From assembly GCA_041649135.1 (NCBI GenBank), contig JBAZNQ010000001.1, positions 227,037-291,036 on the forward strand: a stretch of 64,000 nucleotides of DNA, in the 5' to 3' direction. The DNA comes from Patescibacteria group bacterium (lineage in GTDB: Bacteria > Patescibacteriota > Kazan-3B-28). How positions within the stretch are numbered: the stretch's first letter is position 1; each line of letters begins with the position of its first letter. The translations under genes and the position numbers were made by a program. This document shows, piece after piece, positions 18,991-28,506 of the stretch. The notes beneath the pieces were generated by a model, which ran no database searches, was not told the DNA's origin, and saw nothing but the letters and a program-made list of their open reading frames with translations.

Positions 18991-19782
18991 CTACCGATCG
19001 AGCGCCAGCCTGATAAATTCCTCTACCTGCCGATATGCCGCCGGAGACATTCCACCAATATCAGCGTGGTCTTTCATCACCCGTAAAATCTTACCGCGAG
19101 GGAAAATATCTTTAAAATCCAACTCATTAGTCTGCCTAATAAATTTATCTCTCACATCATCTCTAACATTTAGTAACAGCGCTGGCGGTTCCAACAATCT
19201 TTTTTTCACCAACCAATCGCGTTGCAACACATCTCCCGCCATCCACAACGCATTCAGAGTTTGGCGAAAAGTGTTGTCTCGAGCGTAAATCGTCATCCAC
19301 TGTACTGGCCATCGCCAGATCCAGCGCATAATTCTTACCATCCAGATAAACACTCGCCTCGCATATTGATCTACCGTCGAGCCAAAATCTAGTTGAAATT
19401 GAGAAATCGGAGTTAGATTCTCTGGCTCAAACGGACTGGATAATGCCACCAAACACTTCACTCCCATATTCAATCGCCGCTTGCGCCAATATCGTAACAA
19501 CAAATATGCCAACGTTCCTCCAAATGACACCCCAACCAACACCACCCGCTTGTAATACAGCTGTTTAATCGTCGTTGTGATCCGTTCGTAAAATTTAAAA
19601 ATATCGAACTTATCTTCTGGATAATGAAACGCAAACACATCCCCAAATTTGGCGAACATTTCTATTTCCTTATCCAAATCCTCATAAGTCGGGATCAGCC
19701 CTGGGAAAATCAATATCGCCGTCCCTGCGCGACGCTTACTTTTTTTCCGAATCAAGCTCAAACAATCAAATTCCTCTGCCAT
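18991..19782 (-). CDS. Alpha/beta hydrolase fold protein
   Basis: Nucleophile elbow GVSFGG; C-terminal DH. Confidence 0.7.
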   Translation of the reverse strand: MAEEFDCLSLIRKKSKRRAGTAILIFPGLIPTYEDLDKEIEMFAKFGDVFAFHYPEDKFDIFKFYERITTTIKQLYYKRVVLVGVSFGGTLAYLLLRYWRKRRLNMGVKCLVALSSPFEPENLTPISQFQLDFGSTVDQYARRVFIWMVRIMRWIWRWPVQWMTIYARDNTFRQTLNALWMAGDVLQRDWLVKKRLLEPPALLLNVRDDVRDKFIRQTNELDFKDIFPRGKILRVMKDHADIGGMSPAAYRQVEEFIRLALDR

Positions 19783-19806
19783 TAAATTTATTTTAACTAA
19801 CCTCGG

Positions 19807-20727
19807 CTAACTCACCACGCCTTTTTCATCCACCATTCTCACTTCTGTCTCCAAAGTAACTTTGCTGTCGCGCTTTACTTGGGCTTGAACCATCCGCGCT
19901 AGTTGTTTTATGTCTTTCGCAGTCGCACCACCAGTATTGATAATAAAATTCGGATGCTTAGTTGAGATCTGCGCTCCACCGGTTTTCTTTCCCCGCCATC
20001 CCGCCGCATCAATTAGCTTCCAGACTGCTATTCCCGACGGATTTTTAAAAAAACTCCCGGCCGATGGCTGATGCGGGTGCTTGTGCCACCGCTCCATCCG
20101 CTCGGCTTCGATCGCCTTTAACACCACCGATTTTTTCACCGGGCTCACTTTCATTTTCACTTCCGTTACTATCCAATTTGGTTTTGCTTTGCATAAAGAA
20201 TTCCGATATGAAAATTTCAATTGCTTTGGCAATAATACTTTCTCTTTGCCGGTTTTCATATCAAAAACCATTGCCGAAATTACATATTCACCGATCCCCT
20301 TGCCGTAACATCCGGCATTCCCAACTACTCCACCGCCCACACTCCCCGGGATATTCGCCAAAAAATCTATTCCTCCCAAATTTTTATTTGCCAAATCCCG
20401 CACTAACTTTTGCAACCGACATCCAGCATCCACCACCACTTGACGTTTATCGACTTTAATTTGGTCTGCCAAATTATGTACTATCACCCCCCGAAATCCC
20501 TGATCAGAAAACACCAAATTGCTTCCACCAGCGATCACAAAATAATTTAATTTTAGTTTCCGAATTACTTTCAACACTTCAATTAATTGCGCCTTCGTTT
20601 TTGCCTCGACTACCACATCCGCCACCCCACCTACTTTCATGGTGGTCAATCTCTTGATCGGGAAATTTCTTCTCGTTTTTCCCGAGAAGCTCTGCGTCAG
20701 CTCCAAATATGCTTTATTCGTGCGCAT
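19807..20727 (-). CDS. murB: UDP-N-acetylenolpyruvoylglucosamine reductase
   Basis: GGSNLV, IPGSVGG, NAGCYG, FSYRNS, SAGSFFKNP, KHPNFIIN. Confidence 0.96.
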   Translation of the reverse strand: MRTNKAYLELTQSFSGKTRRNFPIKRLTTMKVGGVADVVVEAKTKAQLIEVLKVIRKLKLNYFVIAGGSNLVFSDQGFRGVIVHNLADQIKVDKRQVVVDAGCRLQKLVRDLANKNLGGIDFLANIPGSVGGGVVGNAGCYGKGIGEYVISAMVFDMKTGKEKVLLPKQLKFSYRNSLCKAKPNWIVTEVKMKVSPVKKSVVLKAIEAERMERWHKHPHQPSAGSFFKNPSGIAVWKLIDAAGWRGKKTGGAQISTKHPNFIINTGGATAKDIKQLARMVQAQVKRDSKVTLETEVRMVDEKGVVS

Positions 20728-21469
20728 ACACTCGCATCAGTAGTACCAATACCCCCAAACCAACCAACATCGCCAAGATCTGCCCCCACCGTTCATTCGT
20801 TTTACTATGAGCCCGAATTTCACCCATCAAATCCACCAAAGCGATATACATCAGTCCACCCGCCCCCACCGCTACAAAATACGGCACTAATCTCTCTACT
20901 CCGCTTAAGAAAAAGTAACCGAATAAACCGCCGACCATTGCCGTCAATGCCGACACCAAGTTCCATCCCAACGCCTGCGCTGGTTTGAACCCGCTATGAA
21001 CCAAGACCGCATAATCACCCAGCTCCTGTGGCACTTCGTGAATAATGACCGCCAAAGTTGTTGTCATACCCAAAATCGGACTTACCATAAACGCCGAGGC
21101 GATTAACACCCCATCCAAAAAATTATGCATCCCATCCACCAGCAATATCGAATAACCAGTTACTTTTTTTGGTTTACAATCATCACAATCGTGTCGATGT
21201 TCATGATGTAAATGTAATACTTGTTCAAACAACAAGAACACCAACAAACCACCCAAAATATAGGCTGACGCCACTTCCCCTAACATTGCAAAGCTCTCCG
21301 GTACTAAATCAAAAAAACTGACCGCCAGCAACGCACCGGTCGCAAACCCCACCATCAGTGGCAACCATCGCTCCACTCGCTTTTTTTGCCACAGCAAATA
21401 CACCGCTCCAACCAGCGAGACTAACCCTACCACCACCAAGCTCACCAAAATCCAACCCAAAATTGCCAT
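20714..21469 (-). CDS. ZIP family metal transporter
   Basis: His-rich loop, HNFLDG, HEVPQELGD. Confidence 0.92.
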   Translation of the reverse strand: MAILGWILVSLVVVGLVSLVGAVYLLWQKKRVERWLPLMVGFATGALLAVSFFDLVPESFAMLGEVASAYILGGLLVFLLFEQVLHLHHEHRHDCDDCKPKKVTGYSILLVDGMHNFLDGVLIASAFMVSPILGMTTTLAVIIHEVPQELGDYAVLVHSGFKPAQALGWNLVSALTAMVGGLFGYFFLSGVERLVPYFVAVGAGGLMYIALVDLMGEIRAHSKTNERWGQILAMLVGLGVLVLLMRVYAHE

Positions 21470-21580
21470 AACCTAATTATGACACAACCAGTCAAGCGAC
21501 CTTATTATTTCGTCACCTCCCGTTTTTTGTCATTGCGAGAAAGCCGTTCGGACTCGGCTGACGAAGCAATCTCATCTCAC

Positions 21581-22033
21581 CTATCTTGCCCGATATAGCC
21601 TTACCGCCGCAATCAACGCCAGCGTAAAAACCACTGCCCCCACCAAACAAGTGGTAAATTGGGGAATCCCAAAGTAACCAGCGCTACAACCCAAATCACA
21701 AGCTTCGCTAGTATAAAGTTTGGCTAGTGTATAACTGTAATTACCCCAACCGAACATTGTCCCCGCCACCAACAACCAAATTAATCGGAACTGACTTACA
21801 GCATTATAATTCGCGCGCAATTTGGCTGTCCAAACCAATGCAATAATAAAAAATATCAATCCCCAAAAACATGGTGTAGCCAACGGATTAATTAATCCAT
21901 CGGGAATTCTAAACTGTGTCCACGTCCCGCCCTGCGCCAAATACCGCTGTGCAATTAAGACCGTATTGTATCCCGCGAAAATTACCCCAAATGTCAGAAT
22001 ATAACTCTGCAAAATCAATAATTCCTTTTTCAT
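21581..22033 (-). CDS. Hypothetical membrane protein with conserved-looking Cys residues
   Basis: Four TM segments, NPLATPCFWG, CxxxC, TTC. Confidence 0.7.
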   Translation of the reverse strand: MKKELLILQSYILTFGVIFAGYNTVLIAQRYLAQGGTWTQFRIPDGLINPLATPCFWGLIFFIIALVWTAKLRANYNAVSQFRLIWLLVAGTMFGWGNYSYTLAKLYTSEACDLGCSAGYFGIPQFTTCLVGAVVFTLALIAAVRLYRAR

Positions 22034-22187
22034 ATCTTGTAGAATAATTTAGCAATATATTCTTTCTGTTCGACATCTCCGGTCAACTTACAAACTAGCA
22101 ACTACCCCCACATCTTCTAGTCAACATCACCGCAGATATTTTTAGACGAACAGTACTAAATTTCTCTACGGAGCATATCCCCAGTAT

Positions 22188-22217
22188 AACAAAACGGCGA
22201 ATCTTCGCCGTTTTGTT
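22188..22217. terminator. Bidirectional intrinsic terminator
   Basis: aacaaaacggcga-atct-tcgccgttttgtt. Confidence 0.7.
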
Positions 22218-22378
22218 GTTATATAAGTTCAACTGAAGAAATAACTATTTCTTCTTCTTATTCTTCTTCTCCTTCTTCTTCTTTGGTGCCATGTCTTAAG
22301 TCCCCATAACTTATCTGGTATAACCCTTTAATTATTGGCTCTGTACCGTACAAGTCAAGAATCCATTTTGGGGACAAC

Positions 22379-23221
22379 TTACCTAGATGGCACGATCACA
22401 AACCTCTCCGCCAGCGTAATAGCGTATCTTACAAATTCCAGCGTCTCCAGATATCGTTTTTGGTCTGCTGGCTGATGGATAGAAATATCAGGATCTTGAC
22501 GCTCATTCCAGCAGTAATCGATCAGATCTGCCCAGTTATGGTCCAGATTCTCCTTCGCCCAAATCATACCCGTCAATTTGGAATCGATCGTACTAGTATG
22601 GAGGTCGTGCAACATCCGACAATAATTTAGCACCAGATAAGACTGATAGAACCGATTATTGATCTCGTCGGGATTGTTAAATATGACCCGCCCCCAACCC
22701 AACATGGTATTGCGGATCTCTCTCCTCAAATCGTTGGGATCAACTGGATTTGTGATACCACTAGCAGGTGGTCCAGCGATCGCAATGCCTTTGTTATACA
22801 GGGTCCACCGTGTTACTAACGTATTACAGTGATCATTTTTCTCAATAGTTTGGCTGCCATTATCGAAATACCACAGTTTTTCATTATCTTCATTCACTCC
22901 AGATTCAGTAAATGGAGACGACGATTGTTGTAATAATAGCAACGGGAAAAATGAATATTCCAAATGCTTCGCCCATTTCGTCTTCAGTTGATAAATATCG
23001 TCATGAATAGCTTGCACCTTTTTAACTTCACTTTCCGACAACTCGTTTTTCACAACCACAATAAAATCCACATCGCTAGTTTGATCAAAACCACCAGTCG
23101 CCAACGATCCTTGCAGATAGTAACCGACAAAATTATCGCCTAATCCAACCTGCAACATTTTTGCATGTTGAATAAAAAGTTCATCCAATTCGGGATAGTC
23201 CGTATATTTCTTTGATTCCAT
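22379..23221 (-). CDS. Nucleotidyltransferase, AadA/DUF4111-like
   Basis: YLQGSLATGGF..SDVDFIVV; YLVLNYCRML. Confidence 0.8.
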   Translation of the reverse strand: MESKKYTDYPELDELFIQHAKMLQVGLGDNFVGYYLQGSLATGGFDQTSDVDFIVVVKNELSESEVKKVQAIHDDIYQLKTKWAKHLEYSFFPLLLLQQSSSPFTESGVNEDNEKLWYFDNGSQTIEKNDHCNTLVTRWTLYNKGIAIAGPPASGITNPVDPNDLRREIRNTMLGWGRVIFNNPDEINNRFYQSYLVLNYCRMLHDLHTSTIDSKLTGMIWAKENLDHNWADLIDYCWNERQDPDISIHQPADQKRYLETLEFVRYAITLAERFVIVPSR

Positions 23222-23323
23222 ATAACTATGTGCTTCTGGCCGAGTGTCTCAAGCTGGAACTTTTGGAAAGACAAACCCAGACAGCTATATTTCAGCTAGT
23301 TTTGTGACACCATCCCAAGTCAA

Positions 23324-23701
23324 CTAGCGCGGATAAATAATCCCTGCCCTTCCTTGCTGACCAGACGGAGTATAACACTTGTCGCACTCAAAGCACTTCC
23401 AGCCGTCACCCCATTCTTGAAGTCGTATCCTTTTACGCGAACCATCAAGACATTTCTGACAAAAAGGCACCGGATCGTCTTCTTTCCAATAAAGACCATC
23501 TTTCAAGTCAAAGTCTTGTGATGCTTCTAGTTGAAGCTTAATAATTTGGTTCTCTTCTTTTAGCGCGATATTCTCGTCCTTAAGAGCGACAATATACTCT
23601 CGTAGGCTTACGATTTTTTCTTGCAAATCAAGAGTAGCGGCTTTTTTCACTAACTCTGTCAATGACTCCAGAATTGATTTTACCTCTGTAAAATTCATCA
23701 T
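23324..23701 (-). CDS. Hypothetical coiled-coil plus zinc-ribbon protein
   Basis: Coiled coil followed by PFCQKC...CFEC. Confidence 0.7.
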   Translation of the reverse strand: MMNFTEVKSILESLTELVKKAATLDLQEKIVSLREYIVALKDENIALKEENQIIKLQLEASQDFDLKDGLYWKEDDPVPFCQKCLDGSRKRIRLQEWGDGWKCFECDKCYTPSGQQGRAGIIYPR

Positions 23702-23891
23702 GAATAATCTCCCATTATTTTAATTTTAGCCACTTATCAAAAACAGCTTCTCGAGCGGAACAACCTATCTCTCTTTGGCTGGGCAGACGGGTTGAGATTG
23801 CCACCCAAAGGAGATAATTTAGAGGTTCTGACAAGATCGGGAGAGGGACTGGTTTATTGTAGAACCTGAGGGCAAACAAGCCAACATTCTG

Positions 23892-24722
23892 CTATTTTTT
23901 CGGCTCAGGATTTGGCTTTTCAAGCTCACAGACCAGAGACACAATCTTGGGATATTTTAGGTCATCGTTAAACAGAACCCGATAGTAATGCTGTCTATGT
24001 AATTCTCTCTCCACTGAGTCAGTAATATAGGCAACATACTTTCCGAAATAGGTTGAGCTACCTGGGTTAAACAAGTTGAAAAATAGTTTATACTCTTTAT
24101 TCCTCGAGCGCCCCGCTAACTGTTTACGGTAGACGTAAATATTATCTTCTTGCCCACTGGCGGGGTACATCTCAGATGAACCACCCTTAACTTTGCTCGT
24201 AGCCACCGCACTTTCACGGAATCCCCAATCTTTTTTCTTAAGAGATTGCTTGGCTGCAGATTTAGCGGATTTATCTACGCTCTTCAGGATTGGGCTTGTT
24301 TTACCTTTATTCCAATGAATTTCCGTCCGAACACCAGTTTTGTATTTGACCGATAAATATTCTTTCCATAAATCTGGGTTCTCGATTGGTCGCCCTGAAG
24401 CATTGCGGTATCCAGCTTTTCTCCATGCCTCAGCTCTATTCTGGTTGTTGCTGACATATTCAGAATCGGTGAATATTAAAACTCTACCTATATCCACGCC
24501 AGCCAAATGCTCTCGAACCCATCTCATGGCTTTAATACAAGCCATCAGCTCCGCCCGACTGATATTGGTTTTATCAAATCCCTCGTTAAAGATCTCCTGA
24601 TCCTCTGTCATCCAGGAATCAGGGTATTCCACCCAACCAGCAATACCGCCTACGCCACCAGGATTGTTATAGGCAGATCCATCAATGTAGATTTTTAGAG
24701 CGTGTGGGTCATAAATAGCCAT
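23892..24722 (-). CDS. Ribonuclease HI-domain protein with C-terminal extension
   Basis: IYIDGSA, RAEL, TDSEYV, IENPDLW, HWNKG, VDKSAK. Confidence 0.8.
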   Translation of the reverse strand: MAIYDPHALKIYIDGSAYNNPGGVGGIAGWVEYPDSWMTEDQEIFNEGFDKTNISRAELMACIKAMRWVREHLAGVDIGRVLIFTDSEYVSNNQNRAEAWRKAGYRNASGRPIENPDLWKEYLSVKYKTGVRTEIHWNKGKTSPILKSVDKSAKSAAKQSLKKKDWGFRESAVATSKVKGGSSEMYPASGQEDNIYVYRKQLAGRSRNKEYKLFFNLFNPGSSTYFGKYVAYITDSVERELHRQHYYRVLFNDDLKYPKIVSLVCELEKPNPEPKK

Positions 24723-24821
24723 AGCCCTACACTTTAGCTCAAAATACCACTCTTTGCGAATGGTCAGACAGGGAGATAGGCTTACTACAGCATCTAGACA
24801 TTAGCTGAGACAATGGTGTTT

Positions 24822-25469
24822 CTATTTAATTCTTCTCTCTGCTTCGGCAAAATGTTTTTCTATTGTTTTTATATCAGAAATTATGTCAGTAATAACCTCA
24901 TAATTAACCCATTCGTAAGGTTCACGAACTTGATACACGCCCCCACCAGATTTCTTTTGTTTTAGCCGCTCGGGAAATCTTTCTTTCTCGTTCAATCTGT
25001 CAGGATGTTTTTTATCCTTTCTTTCGGGGTCATAGGTTCCATAATAATATTTTTCAATAGTAGACCAAGTCGCATTACGTAAATCAAGTAGGATATTGTA
25101 ATTGTTCTTATGTTTATTTTTTGCCTCTATAATAACCAGCTCGAACAATACTTTCAAATCATGACTTGCCCCATACTGACTGTGGATATTGATGTTCCCA
25201 AGTCCTTTCAACCACAGCTCAATTCCTTGTTTAAAATTAAAAATAATCGGCCAAATCAACTCATAATTAGAATGCCCTGAACGGAATCCTAATTTCCTAA
25301 AAATACTGCGGCTCGTATCATTAAGGTCAGAGTGTGACAAAAAATCACTACGCGGACATATCTCTTGTGCTGTATGCAATGCATTCGCAAGATAAGCTTG
25401 TGGCATAACTAGCCAATGATAACGTTTTCCTTTATTACTCTTTTGTAACCTGGGTAGTTTTGATGGCAT
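24822..25469 (-). CDS. Hypothetical protein, HEPN-like helical fold
   Basis: PIIFNFKQGIELWLK...SHDL...ERFP pattern; AT-rich. Confidence 0.6.
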   Translation of the reverse strand: MPSKLPRLQKSNKGKRYHWLVMPQAYLANALHTAQEICPRSDFLSHSDLNDTSRSIFRKLGFRSGHSNYELIWPIIFNFKQGIELWLKGLGNINIHSQYGASHDLKVLFELVIIEAKNKHKNNYNILLDLRNATWSTIEKYYYGTYDPERKDKKHPDRLNEKERFPERLKQKKSGGGVYQVREPYEWVNYEVITDIISDIKTIEKHFAEAERRIK

Positions 25470-25509
25470 AAATCATAGGGGGTATAATCGTCTTTCTTTG
25501 TCTGGGTTT

Positions 25510-25929
25510 TCATTCTCCAATATACCCATAATGTTTTAAATAATTTGCAATTGCATAGGGATCCGGGAAAGAATCTACCGACTTTCTATTTTGGACTACC
25601 GAAATCCAACACGACTTTTTTGCATCTTGATCGAACCAAGGATCCGCAGTCGCATACTGAAGATAGACCACCAACAGAACAACCTGATTAAGATTCTCTT
25701 CTTTCGCTCGCTTAAAGATTGGCTCTGTTTTCTTTTCCTCTTCTTCAATTTGTTTTACACCCTCTTCCGATAGAGCAAATTTTGAATTCAAAATAAATCT
25801 AGCCCAAGCTTTGGCATCAGCAACTTTTTCAATTTGTTCGAAAAAGCGTTGATACTCAACTGGTTTTCTTCGTAGTTCGTTTAAATACTCGTCTGTCTCT
25901 GTCCCAAAAAGTTTAGATAAAAATCCCAT
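25510..25929 (-). CDS. Hypothetical protein
   Basis: ORF starting MGFLSKLFG directly downstream of the tRNA. Confidence 0.65.
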   Translation of the reverse strand: MGFLSKLFGTETDEYLNELRRKPVEYQRFFEQIEKVADAKAWARFILNSKFALSEEGVKQIEEEEKKTEPIFKRAKEENLNQVVLLVVYLQYATADPWFDQDAKKSCWISVVQNRKSVDSFPDPYAIANYLKHYGYIGE

Positions 25930-26000
25930 AACAATAAAATTTAATTTATCAACCCATTTTATTTGACTAGGCACACGGGTCGCTTGACTCATGCACCTTC

Positions 26001-26075
26001 TGGCTGGGGCGGCAGGGATCGGACCTGCGAATCACGGGACCAAAACCCGTTGCCTTACCACTTGGCTACGCCCCA
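26001..26075 (-). tRNA. tRNA-Gln (anticodon TTG)
   Basis: Cloverleaf TGGGGCG...CGCCCCAGCCA; anticodon arm acggg-ttTTGgt-cccgt; encoded CCA. Confidence 0.95.
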
Positions 26076-26175
26076 TCAATATCTAGATTATACCTTACTG
26101 CGACCAATAATTTAGCCCCACCTTGGTCATGGACAGCCATAGGGACAAGCTGTATCATAACGGCATCTCGGCAAC

Positions 26176-26403
26176 TTGCCAATGGAGCATAGAATGAACC
26201 TTTTCACTAGTGTCACCCTGATTGATCTGGGCATCTGTACCGCAGTAGGGTTGGGCTTGTTCTGGACACATGATCCCAACGTATTATGGGCACTGCTCAT
26301 AATTTTATGGGTTGGCGGCGAATGTACCCCCAGACCAACCCATGCCACCTGTCCCAAATGTAGTCATTTCTTCGCCTTGAAAGAGTCGAAGACAAAAGAC
26401 TAA
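26176..26403 (+). CDS. Small membrane protein with C-terminal CPKC
   Basis: Two hydrophobic segments; followed by hairpin plus T run at ~26446-26478. Confidence 0.45.
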   Translation: MPMEHRMNLFTSVTLIDLGICTAVGLGLFWTHDPNVLWALLIILWVGGECTPRPTHATCPKCSHFFALKESKTKD

Positions 26404-26484
26404 GACGATGAATAGTTGTCAAACAGGACCCAAACAAACCAGTAGAGGCGTCTAAATCACAATTTAGACGCTTTTTTATACCCC

Positions 26485-26531
26485 TTGACACTCCTTCCCT
26501 CTCTTAGTATCATTTAGACAGTTGACTAAAT
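26485..26531 (+). promoter_or_regulatory. Promoter and putative ArsR/SdpR operator
   Basis: TTGACA-N17-TATCAT overlapping inverted repeat atttag-N8-ctaaat. Confidence 0.55.
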
Positions 26532-26587
26532 ATCTAATTATATTACCCACCCGCTAATTCCTAGTCCCTAACCCCTAATTCCTAGTT

Positions 26588-26851
26588 ATGAGTGCTGTTT
26601 CCAAAGCCTTTCAAGCCTTATCTGACCCAACCCGACGGGACATTCTTCAACTATTAAAAAAACACGATATGACACCCAGCGAATTGACCATCCACTTCCC
26701 TATCTCCGGTCCCTCCCTCTCTCACCATTTAAGTGTTTTAAAACAAGCCAACCTCATCACCGCTGAAAAACATGGCCAAAACATTCTCTACTCAATTAAC
26801 ACCACCGTCTTCTACGATATTATTAATGGCTTCATGGAAAGTTTTAAATGA
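26588..26851 (+). CDS. sdpR: ArsR/SmtB family repressor, SdpR-like
   Basis: FQALSDPTRRDIL, SLSHHLSVLKQANL, YSINTTVF; upstream of an SdpI-like gene. Confidence 0.8.
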   Translation: MSAVSKAFQALSDPTRRDILQLLKKHDMTPSELTIHFPISGPSLSHHLSVLKQANLITAEKHGQNILYSINTTVFYDIINGFMESFK

Positions 26852-26893
26852 AGCCCCTCCGACCTAATCGGAGGTCCAAACCGAAACAAGAAA

Positions 26894-27181
26894 ATGACTA
26901 ATTCATATGTATATATCACAACCACTCAAATTAACGGAACGCTCTATGTCGGAGCAACTGGAAACCTAAAGAATCGTGTCTATCATCATCGGCTAGAAAA
27001 TCTAAACCATTTTACAAATAAACACAGGGTTGACCGATTAGTTTATTACGAGATACACCTCACGCCAGAAAGCGCATTTGCCCGAGAAAAACAACTCAAG
27101 AAATGGAACCGTAGCTGGAAAATAAAACTCATTGAAACAAAAAACCCAAGCTGGAAAGATTTATATCAAGATTTTTGTTAA
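26894..27181 (+). CDS. Small GIY-YIG nuclease
   Basis: YVYI..NGTLYVGAT, LVYYE, AREKQLKKWNRSWKIKLIE..NPSWKDL. Confidence 0.9.
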   Translation: MTNSYVYITTTQINGTLYVGATGNLKNRVYHHRLENLNHFTNKHRVDRLVYYEIHLTPESAFAREKQLKKWNRSWKIKLIETKNPSWKDLYQDFC

Positions 27182-27237
27182 TGTTTGGATCCCCGATGTC
27201 GATGCTTCGCATCGGCTCGAGGACGAAAGGACTATCG

Positions 27238-27897
27238 ATGCAAAAAATTCAGTTCACATTCAAGACCGAATGGCTGTCAGTACTATTAATCGTTGCCGTC
27301 GTTATTGCCGCCATTTGGGCATACCCCCTACTGCCCGACCAAGTGCCATCACACTGGGGTGTCAACGGACAAGTTGACGGCTGGACTACTCCATTAGGTC
27401 ATGTCTTGATGTTCCCCGGCATGATGATCGGAATGTACCTGCTATTTCTGATCCTGCCCCACATCGAACCACGCCGTCAGCACTTCATTGAATCATGGGG
27501 ATTTTATCAGATGATCCGTAACTTTATGATGGTGTTCTTCACTTTTATGTACGGATTAACTACTTACGCCGCTATTACAGCTAGTGAAGTCGCTGTTGGC
27601 AAGATTGTCCCCATTTCTATCGGCATCCTGTTCGTCTTCATCGGCAATTACTTAACTCAAGTAAAATCCAACTTCTTTATGGGCATCCGCACGCCTTGGA
27701 CATTAGACAGCGAAGACAACTGGCAAAAAACCCACCGCTTGGGCGCTTATACCTTCGCCTTCGGCGGTGTGTTATTCTTGCTCTCACCATTACTGCCAAC
27801 TCCATTTAATTTCTACATTCCGATGGTTGGTGTCGCTCTCGCTGGTGGGTTACCGATTCTGATGTCCTTCATCTGGTTTAAACAAGGTAATAAATAA
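27238..27897 (+). CDS. sdpI: SdpI family immunity membrane protein (DUF1648)
   Basis: LPDQVPSHWGVNGQVDGW, NFFMGIRTPWTL..NWQKTHRL. Confidence 0.87.
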   Translation: MQKIQFTFKTEWLSVLLIVAVVIAAIWAYPLLPDQVPSHWGVNGQVDGWTTPLGHVLMFPGMMIGMYLLFLILPHIEPRRQHFIESWGFYQMIRNFMMVFFTFMYGLTTYAAITASEVAVGKIVPISIGILFVFIGNYLTQVKSNFFMGIRTPWTLDSEDNWQKTHRLGAYTFAFGGVLFLLSPLLPTPFNFYIPMVGVALAGGLPILMSFIWFKQGNK

Positions 27898-28110
27898 CCT
27901 CCACCGGCCGTCATTGCGAGCAATACAATGACGCCCGCCCGCAACGATTCGCCAGCCCGCAGTAGATACAGCGTTTCTGGCGGGCGTAGCGATTCGGGCA
28001 GGAAGCAATCTCTTACCAGATTACCGCGTCGTCCCTCATCAGTACTTCGGGACTCCTCGCAATGACATAAAATCACGAACTCCGATTATATAAATTAATA
28101 ACGAAACACC

Positions 28111-28308
28111 ATGGAACAATTTATCACCACTTACCCTTGGATAATCTGGCTCGCTATCATCTGGACGCTACCTTGGAAAGGTGTCGCTCTCTGGAAAGCC
28201 GCCCGCGTTGATCACCTTGGCTGGTTTATCGCCTTAATGGTCATCAACACTCTGGGATTGCTGGAAATCATCTACATCTTCGCCGTTAACCTCAAAGCCA
28301 AGAAATAA
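28111..28308 (+). CDS. Small membrane protein (DUF5652-like)
   Basis: WTLPWKGVALWKAAR...WF...NTLGLLEIIYIF. Confidence 0.85.
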   Translation: MEQFITTYPWIIWLAIIWTLPWKGVALWKAARVDHLGWFIALMVINTLGLLEIIYIFAVNLKAKK

Positions 28309-28424
28309 ATTCATTTTAGGTTAACCCCGATGTCCTGTGTCTAGCCCCCCCGCAATGGGAGAAACAAATTAGACACAAGCCAACCGCCCCCACCCTACTC
28401 TACTAAGCCAAACTTTAAACTAAG

Positions 28425-28458
28425 CACGTTGAGTTATGCGGCCGCATAACTCAACGTG
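28425..28458. repeat. Perfect 34-bp palindrome
   Basis: cacgttgagttatgcggccgcataactcaacgtg. Confidence 0.95.
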
Positions 28459-28506
28459 TTCGCTTATTCCAATTTTTCTTACCAAAACTACTGCCAAATA
28501 ACCAAA

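Noticed and set aside
22379-26000. Prophage or ICE at tRNA-Gln
   Set aside because: No integrase, structural, replication or conjugation genes; no convincing long att repeat
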